Below are positions 18,351 to 23,373 of a stretch of 23,373 nt of DNA, piece after piece. Position 1 is the first letter of the stretch, and every line of letters begins with the position of its first letter. Both the position numbers and the translations under genes were made by a program. The stretch comes from a virus (taxonomy: Duplodnaviria > Heunggongvirae > Uroviricota > Caudoviricetes): IMG/VR virus record IMGVR_UViG_2663763232_000005, one strand, 5' to 3'. Under the pieces are notes generated by a model, which saw only the letters and a program-made list of their open reading frames with translations, did not search any database and had not been told where the DNA came from.

Positions 18351-18623
18351 CTATTTGCCTGCTGCCAGCAAAGCGTTACGGCGCATCTCGATACTTCGAA
18401 TCCCCGCTTTGTCAATATTGCATTGTCCCAACGCCGAAAGCAGGCTCACATTCAGATCCAGACTGGCCCCATAGGTCAGCGGCTCGGGAATGACTGGCTG
18501 GGGAGTTTCAGTAGTCAGGCTTGCTGGCAACGGTACCGCCGGAATCGGTACGTAAACTGTTCGCGTACTTCCGCAACCGGTCAGCAGCGGCAGCAGGCAC
18601 ATGACGTGAAGCACAATCATCAT
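18351..18623 (-). CDS. Rz1-like o-spanin (outer-membrane lipoprotein)
   Basis: +1-frame ORF starting inside Rz, with lipobox LLTGC and a Pro-rich mature region (VYVPIPAVPLPASLTTETPQPVIPEP). It extends 157 nt past the Rz stop. Start is ambiguous between ATG 18623 and ATG 18689. Confidence 0.6.
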   Translation of the reverse strand: MMIVLHVMCLLPLLTGCGSTRTVYVPIPAVPLPASLTTETPQPVIPEPLTYGASLDLNVSLLSALGQCNIDKAGIRSIEMRRNALLAAGK

Positions 18624-18900
18624 CCGCAACAGCCACTTTGATATCTTCCTGGGTTCTCTGTGACTCCAGTGCGATCTGCTGTTTTGCATGCTGGTTAGCC
18701 TCTATAACTGTATTGATGATTTGCAGTGATTGCAGAACGTTACGGGTAATGGCAGTTGCTGATTCAGCATTTCGTACAGCCTCATCAGCACGCTCCTTTT
18801 CGTGCTGATATTTGCTGTAGTAATGTCCAGCAGACCAGATGAAGGAACCAATGACGCTAACAACGAAGGCAACAATAACCAGCTTATATCTCAGCTTCAT
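18508..18900 (-). CDS. Rz-like i-spanin
   Basis: 130-aa ORF with an N-terminal transmembrane helix (LVIVAFVVSVIGSFIW) and a charged helical periplasmic domain, directly after the endolysin gene. Confidence 0.7.
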   Translation of the reverse strand: MKLRYKLVIVAFVVSVIGSFIWSAGHYYSKYQHEKERADEAVRNAESATAITRNVLQSLQIINTVIEANQHAKQQIALESQRTQEDIKVAVADDDCASRHVPAAAADRLRKYANSLRTDSGGTVASKPDY

Positions 18901-19360
18901 TTACTACCCCACCAGCTTTTTTAAATCGGGCAATCAGGTCACCGATTTTATGTTCATACTGACCGTAACCTGCACCAGGTAACGACGCCCAGATATTGCT
19001 GCAACGGTCGATTGCCTGACGAATACTGCCGCGGTCAATCATCGGTAAAGCACCACGCTCTTTAATCTGCTGCAGAGCTACAGCGTCCTGGCTTTCTGGA
19101 GAAAAATCTTTCAGGCCAAGCTGTTTACGGTAAGCATCCCACCAGCGTGAAAGAAGCTGGTAACGTCCGGCAGCTGTTGATTTGAGTTTGGGGTTTAGCG
19201 TGACAAGTTTGCGAGGGTGATCGGAGTAATCAGTGAACAGTTCGCCACCAACAATAACATCATAACCGTGGTTACGTGTCGGTTGTCGCCCGTTATCCGT
19301 TCCTTCTGACCATGCCACCATATCCAGGAAAGCTTTACGCTGGGAATTTAGTGCCTGCAT
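18884..19360 (-). CDS. Endolysin, lambda R-type lytic transglycosylase
   Basis: 158-aa ORF (NSQRKAFLDMVAWSEGTDNGRQPTRNHGYDVIVGGELFTDYSDHPRKLVTLNPKLKSTAAGRYQLLSRWWDAYRKQLGLKDF...) that is near-identical over most of its length to the lambda R sequence as I remember it. Confidence 0.85.
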   Translation of the reverse strand: MQALNSQRKAFLDMVAWSEGTDNGRQPTRNHGYDVIVGGELFTDYSDHPRKLVTLNPKLKSTAAGRYQLLSRWWDAYRKQLGLKDFSPESQDAVALQQIKERGALPMIDRGSIRQAIDRCSNIWASLPGAGYGQYEHKIGDLIARFKKAGGVVNEAEI

Positions 19361-19363
19361 AAA

Positions 19364-19699
19364 TTACTCCTTCGAGCTACCAAATTTGTTACCGATTACT
19401 CGCATTGCAGCCCCACGAATAGCATCGACACCGATCAGCCCCACGCCACCACCAATGGCAACAGAAAGCGATTTAGGCCATCCGACATATTCAAGAGCGG
19501 ATGCAAAGGTCAGCGTCAGAGCGCCACATAGCAAAATCTCGAGCGTTTTTCGCTTCCAGCCACCACCACCGCCAAAATAGGCGATGCGCAAACCAGCCAT
19601 AACGATCGACATAATCACTGCACCCAGCGGTGTGTCTCCACGCCACCAGCTCTGAAACAACTCCAGCCAGTCCGGCCAGGTATTTGGGTTATGAGGCAT
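19364..19699 (-). CDS. Holin (class I-like, three predicted TM helices)
   Basis: Start proposed at ATG 19699 with GAGGTG about 15 nt upstream, rather than the track start at 19795, which would overlap the methyltransferase. About 111 aa with three hydrophobic segments, immediately upstream of the endolysin. Confidence 0.6.
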   Translation of the reverse strand: MPHNPNTWPDWLELFQSWWRGDTPLGAVIMSIVMAGLRIAYFGGGGGWKRKTLEILLCGALTLTFASALEYVGWPKSLSVAIGGGVGLIGVDAIRGAAMRVIGNKFGSSKE

Positions 19700-19742
19700 T
19701 TCGTCATCTCTCACCTCGCGATATTTGCGGGTGCTGTGTTGG

Positions 19743-19768
19743 AAATAAAAAGGCCACGCAACGTGGCC
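19743..19768 (-). terminator. Intrinsic terminator between the methyltransferase and holin genes
   Basis: On the minus strand GGCCACG-TTG-CGTGGCC (7-bp stem) is followed by TTTTTATTTCC, starting 8 nt after the methyltransferase stop. Confidence 0.6.
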
Positions 19769-19775
19769 ACCAGAA

Positions 19776-20828
19776 TTATTTCCCCACCAGTTCACTTACC
19801 TCTTTCACCGTCTGATTAAACCGCTCTGACTCAAGTTCAACACCTAACGCCCGACGCCCCAGCGCCATTGCTGCTTTTATTGTGGAACCGGATCCCATAA
19901 AGAAATCAGCAACCAGATCACCAGGTCGACTACTGGCATTGATTATTTGCCGGAGCATATCCGCCGGTTTCTCGCACGGATGTTTACCCGGGTAGAACTG
20001 AACGGGCTTATGCGTCCAGACATCGGTATAAGGCACGGAGACTGATACGGAGAAATAGCGCCGGAGAGATTTAAACTCATCCAGCAATTCAGAATATTTG
20101 CGATTCAGTGAATCATAAGATGCCACCAGCTGGTGGTGTGGTTGTTCCAGTTGTTGTTCCTGAAACTTCTCTGCCGCTATACGGGAAAACAGTGCCTGTA
20201 ACTTCCGATAGTCAGCCTCATTCGGCAACTGCCACTGACTGGCACCAAACCAGTGGGAAACCATATTTTTCTTACCTGTGGCTTCGGCAATTTGTTTTGC
20301 CGTTATACCCAGTTCGGCACGAGCATCCCTGAAATACGATATCAGCGGTGCCATTATGTGCTGTTTGAGTTCCCTTTCTTTTGCCGCATAGCCGTCACTT
20401 TTGCCGCGATATGGCCCCTGGTAATGTTCAGCAAACAGAACGCGCTCTGTAGCGGGGAAATATGCCCGCAGGCTTTCTTTATTACACCCGTTCCATCGTC
20501 CGGACGGCTTCGCCCAGATGATATGGTTAAGCACGTTGAAACGTTCACGCATCATGATCTCGATATCAGATGCGAGGCGATGTCCACAGAACAGGTAAAG
20601 GCTTCCGGCTGGTTTCAGTACCCGCCAGAACTGGGCCAGACAGTAGTCCAGCCACTTCAGGTAATCTTCGTCCCCTTTCCACTGATTGTCCCAGCCGTTG
20701 GGCTTCACTTTGAAGTACGGCGGATCGGTAACAATCAGATCAATGGAATCATCAGGCAAGGACTGAATAAAATGCAGGCAATCAGCGTTGATTAAATCAA
20801 CACTGTTTATTTTTACAGTATTTTTCAT
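19776..20828 (-). CDS. DNA methyltransferase, beta-class N6-adenine/N4-cytosine (orphan, no endonuclease partner in window)
   Basis: 350-aa ORF with motif IV DPPY near the N-terminus (IDLIVTDPPYF) and motif I FxGxG near the C-terminus (VADFFMGSGST), the order diagnostic of beta-class amino-methyltransferases. No Shine-Dalgarno is visible before the ATG. Confidence 0.85.
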   Translation of the reverse strand: MKNTVKINSVDLINADCLHFIQSLPDDSIDLIVTDPPYFKVKPNGWDNQWKGDEDYLKWLDYCLAQFWRVLKPAGSLYLFCGHRLASDIEIMMRERFNVLNHIIWAKPSGRWNGCNKESLRAYFPATERVLFAEHYQGPYRGKSDGYAAKERELKQHIMAPLISYFRDARAELGITAKQIAEATGKKNMVSHWFGASQWQLPNEADYRKLQALFSRIAAEKFQEQQLEQPHHQLVASYDSLNRKYSELLDEFKSLRRYFSVSVSVPYTDVWTHKPVQFYPGKHPCEKPADMLRQIINASSRPGDLVADFFMGSGSTIKAAMALGRRALGVELESERFNQTVKEVSELVGK

Positions 20829-20978
20829 GGATCAGTAAGCGTAACTCTGGTAGGCTCACTCTGCTTTTGCGCTAAAGCAGTGGGCCGTGGTTCGCTTGTG
20901 ACCAGTAAGCATGAGCGAATGGCTGGCAGGTGCTACCAACACCCACCAGCCGCCCATTTTCACAGCAGGAAACCGCCA

Positions 20979-21206
20979 TTACTGGCAGCGTCTGAATTTA
21001 TTCCCGTACCCGCCGTTATCCTTCGCCAGACCCGCCAGAACTAACTGAGTCAGTATTAACTGGCACCGGGCTTCGCTTACTCCGGTAGTTCTCGTCATCA
21101 TGCGTGGCGTTACCCACTTGTCAGCAGGTAAGAAATGAAGGACTGCGGCGGCGGTTTCTGTCATATCTTGCTGTTTTAGCATGTCTTTTTCCCTTCTGGT
21201 TAACAT
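20979..21206 (-). CDS. Small hypothetical protein, possibly winged-helix DNA-binding
   Basis: 75-aa ORF; an internal start at 21182 (M9) is preceded by GAAGGGA. The segment VTPRMMTRTTGVSEARCQLILTQLVLAGLA looks like a helix-turn-helix. Lies between the tR'-like terminator and the methyltransferase. Confidence 0.4.
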   Translation of the reverse strand: MLTRREKDMLKQQDMTETAAAVLHFLPADKWVTPRMMTRTTGVSEARCQLILTQLVLAGLAKDNGGYGNKFRRCQ

Positions 21207-21300
21207 GACATACCAATAACTCTTGTCTAAAAAGCCAGCAAGATAAAAAGTCAGTATTCACGACCACCAGCGTGTTTACTGTACTGCACCAGGTTTACAG

Positions 21301-21330
21301 GTACAAAAAAACCGCTCGACGGCGGGTTTA
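21301..21330 (-). terminator. Candidate late-operon terminator (tR'-like), weak
   Basis: On the minus strand a short GC stem (CCGC-CGTCGA-GCGG) is followed by seven T. The stem is only 4 bp, so strength is uncertain. Confidence 0.3.
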
Positions 21331-21482
21331 AGCTGTGTGGCGAAGTAACCACTCTTAACACAGTAAACGAGAAAATGCGGACCGCGTAAGTTTTTTTTGA
21401 TAGATTATGCATATGCAACGAACCCAGGATCATTAACAAATCACAACCCATTGATTCAAAAGGATAATAAAGGGTAATTTTA

Positions 21483-22415
21483 ATGACTACTACAGCCACT
21501 TCCGCGCCACTAACTAAACAAAAAAAAATGCGTATCGGTTTCTTCCAAAGCTCCTCAGGAACGAAGTCAACTACATCAAATGCACAACTTGCATTTGACA
21601 ACATGTATACAACCATTGTTACACCTTCGCAAAATTCTTATACCGCTGAGTTTGATAAGAAAAAATTAAAGATTGTATTCTTAGAAAAAGACGCACAGGC
21701 GGAGTTCTATTTTGGTTATCTATCATGCTCTCGTGATGGTTTCCACTTACCTTATATTGGTGATGAAAATTGGGATGAGCACAATATTCCGTTAGATGAT
21801 AAAAAATATATAGTCGAACGCACTTATTTTATTTACTACTATAAGAAAGACATTCTTGTTTTATCTCAAAATCATTTAGGACCTAAAGTTTCCGATTTAG
21901 CATTTCTTTTATTCAATTTTTCTGAAGAAAACAAACCTGTAGCGTTTGAGGCAATTTGGAAAAAAGAAAGTGTAAAAGAACTACTTGAAACAGGAAGCAC
22001 TTTACGTAGCTGTGAAATTACACTCGCCGCTCCACGTAATTTTAGCGCAACGGATTATGACCTTTCGAATTCATTTTCCAAAAGTATGATTGAAATGATG
22101 GCTGGGATGGGCGGTTCGCATTTAAAACTATCACTTAGAGGTAGAGCATCGCAACGTAAATTAATCCGTGGTTATCTCAGTGATGAAGTAAAAAGTGGAA
22201 TAAAGGAATTAATAGAAAAAGTTCCTCACTTATTACGTAAAGCTAATGTCACTGAACCTAAAAATACTCATTCAAGGAGTCTTCTCAATCAAGTTCTGAT
22301 CAGTGAAAAAAACATTAACACAAAAGATGGCTACGCAAAAGAAACAGATGTGCGTACTGCCTTGATCAGTGCTAAAATTGAACATGGTCAGTATTTAAAG
22401 CAATATGAAATCTGA
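21483..22415 (+). CDS. Hypothetical soluble protein, first gene of an AT-rich two-gene cargo cassette (candidate defence/exclusion sensor)
   Basis: 310-aa ORF on the strand opposite to all phage late genes; AT-rich and Lys/Asn/Ile-rich. AAGGG lies 8 nt before the ATG. No motif I recognise; SSSGTKST is not a canonical Walker A. Confidence 0.6.
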   Translation: MTTTATSAPLTKQKKMRIGFFQSSSGTKSTTSNAQLAFDNMYTTIVTPSQNSYTAEFDKKKLKIVFLEKDAQAEFYFGYLSCSRDGFHLPYIGDENWDEHNIPLDDKKYIVERTYFIYYYKKDILVLSQNHLGPKVSDLAFLLFNFSEENKPVAFEAIWKKESVKELLETGSTLRSCEITLAAPRNFSATDYDLSNSFSKSMIEMMAGMGGSHLKLSLRGRASQRKLIRGYLSDEVKSGIKELIEKVPHLLRKANVTEPKNTHSRSLLNQVLISEKNINTKDGYAKETDVRTALISAKIEHGQYLKQYEI

Positions 22416-22429
22416 TCTTATTTTTAAGG

Positions 22430-22882
22430 ATGATGATTATGCTTATTAAAGTTTTAATTAACATAGTTATCAGTGGGCTGTTAGCTTGGGTGCTTGGGAA
22501 ATACCTAGCGCCTATGGCTCACTCTGATATCTTAAGTACAGCCGGAGTGTTATCTACGGTGGCAGGCATTTTGTTTGGTTTTGTATTGGCCGCTATTTCC
22601 ATCTTCAGTTCTGCAAGTTCAAGTACTGATGGAATTATTTTTGCTTTAAAACAAAACAAGATTTTACCTAAAATTATTCATAACCTGTTATCTACGGGAG
22701 TTACCTTAATATTAGCATGTATTTTCCCGCTGATAGCAATGTTTATAAATGAAAAAATCACCATTACCTCTGTAAGACTTGATTTCGCCCTAACCTTATA
22801 TGGTTTCTCGACCCTGATCGTATCAATAGTTTCATTTGCAAGTACCTGGAGAAAAATAAACTGGATATTACCCCACATATAA
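22430..22882 (+). CDS. Hypothetical integral membrane protein with four predicted TM helices, second gene of the cassette (candidate effector)
   Basis: 150-aa ORF starting 14 nt after the upstream stop. AAGGA precedes the start; the ATG at 22439 has the best spacing. Four hydrophobic segments at roughly residues 5-27, 38-62, 78-106 and 118-140. Confidence 0.6.
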   Translation: MMIMLIKVLINIVISGLLAWVLGKYLAPMAHSDILSTAGVLSTVAGILFGFVLAAISIFSSASSSTDGIIFALKQNKILPKIIHNLLSTGVTLILACIFPLIAMFINEKITITSVRLDFALTLYGFSTLIVSIVSFASTWRKINWILPHI

Positions 22883-22886
22883 TATT

Positions 22887-22910
22887 AAGCAGGTGCAAGC
22901 ACACCTGCTT
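22887..22910. promoter_or_regulatory. Hairpin between the convergent Q gene and cassette ends (possible bidirectional terminator)
   Basis: AAGCAGGTG-CAAGCA-CACCTGCTT, a perfect 9-bp stem between the cassette stop (22882) and the Q stop (22926). Flanks are A/U-rich on the minus-strand side (UUAAUAUUAUAU) but there is no clean U-tract. Confidence 0.4.
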
Positions 22911-22925
22911 ATCCAAACCAAGATA

Positions 22926-23288
22926 TTAATCCATATCTAAGCTAACATTTAGAATAGCTAGACAACCTTCTATAAATCCCTCAGCCATCTGTATCTCAAT
23001 GCGTATTATTTTCTCATCCTTTTTGCGAGCTTTAGCGAGCTTTCTTTTAGAGATACCGTATAGGTAATGGGCAACAAGAAGCGAGTGTTCTTCAGGTCTT
23101 TTTTGCTTTAGACGAGCAAGACAACCTTCAATAATTAATGCATCACTATCTGAACAAGCCTGACGTGTTTTGCTTGTATAGGGAAGAAGCCCTTTAAACC
23201 CAGCAGCTATAGGCGAATAGTCTACCCCAGAACTATCACTCGCCGCCCATGCACCCCAACGATCCAGAACCATCTGAATATCACGCAT
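22926..23288 (-). CDS. Late-gene antiterminator Q (phage 82 / QuuD-like family)
   Basis: Track ORF runs to 23366, but the ATG at 23288 is preceded by GGAG 7 nt upstream and gives MRDIQMVLDRWGAWAASDSSGVDYSPIAAGFKGLLP..., which resembles the QuuD-type Q N-terminus as I recall it. Confidence 0.65.
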   Translation of the reverse strand: MRDIQMVLDRWGAWAASDSSGVDYSPIAAGFKGLLPYTSKTRQACSDSDALIIEGCLARLKQKRPEEHSLLVAHYLYGISKRKLAKARKKDEKIIRIEIQMAEGFIEGCLAILNVSLDMD

Positions 23289-23373
23289 CAACTTTCTCCA
23301 CAAAATCAGGCCAGCATGACCTGCTCCCCGTTGATTAGTACACCCCGATGTTAGTAATGTCTTCATAAGCCAC

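Noticed and set aside
19364-19795. Holin with a long N-terminal extension (full 143-aa track ORF)
   Set aside because: The upstream start would overlap the methyltransferase 3' end and the terminator hairpin, and adds a non-hydrophobic 32-residue extension; the internal ATG at 19699 with GAGGTG upstream is more plausible.
20829-20978. Possible tRNA gene in the Q-to-lysis region
   Set aside because: The hairpins do not assemble into a cloverleaf by eye: no 7-nt anticodon loop with U33 and purine 37, and no GTTCRANYC T-loop flanked by a 5-bp stem. Kept only as a structured-leader observation pending tRNAscan-SE.
21330-21500. Specific late promoter (pR') hexamers on the minus strand
   Set aside because: Several partial matches (for example CATAAT with an adjacent TG, or TTGAAT-17-TTAATG) but none with a good -35/-10 pair at proper spacing, so no promoter feature is asserted.
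21251-21616. 121-aa minus-strand ORF
   Set aside because: Spans the candidate terminator, the AT-rich intergenic region and the start of the plus-strand cassette gene; low-complexity translation, judged an artefact of AT-rich sequence.
21483-22415. P-loop NTPase motif in the 310-aa cassette protein (SSSGTKST)
   Set aside because: Does not fit the Walker A consensus GxxxxGK[ST]; no ATPase call made.
1-23373. CRISPR array, IS element or transposase, integrase or attachment site
   Set aside because: No direct-repeat/spacer periodicity, no terminal inverted repeats flanking a transposase-like ORF, and no recombinase ORF were seen. The window is internal to the late region, so att sites and integrase would lie outside it.

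Overview
The window is almost entirely the late (morphogenesis and lysis) region of a temperate, mosaic enterobacterial phage or prophage, transcribed on the minus strand (high to low coordinate). Reading in phage direction: a Q-type antiterminator (22926..23288), a beta-class DNA amino-methyltransferase, a lysis cassette (holin, lambda R-like transglycosylase, Rz/Rz1), an HNH endonuclease, a putative cos region, an HK97-type head module (terS, terL, portal, protease, major capsid, connector proteins), then a Mu/SfV-like contractile tail module (sheath, tube, frameshifted chaperone, tape measure, baseplate gp43-48-like genes) ending in the 5' part of a tail-fibre gene that runs off the left edge and contains a hix/gix-like invertase crossover site. 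Two AT-rich cargo loci interrupt this backbone. The most interesting is a plus-strand two-gene cassette (21483..22882: ~310 aa soluble protein plus ~150 aa four-helix membrane protein) sitting between Q and the late genes, which I propose as a candidate abortive-infection or superinfection-exclusion module with RexA/RexB-like architecture. The second is a single secreted-protein moron (5440..5970) with its own promoter-like element and intrinsic terminator inside the tail operon. All calls rest on reading the ORF translations and the DNA by eye; no database search was run, so family assignments are recollection-based and sequence identity to named proteins is unverified.
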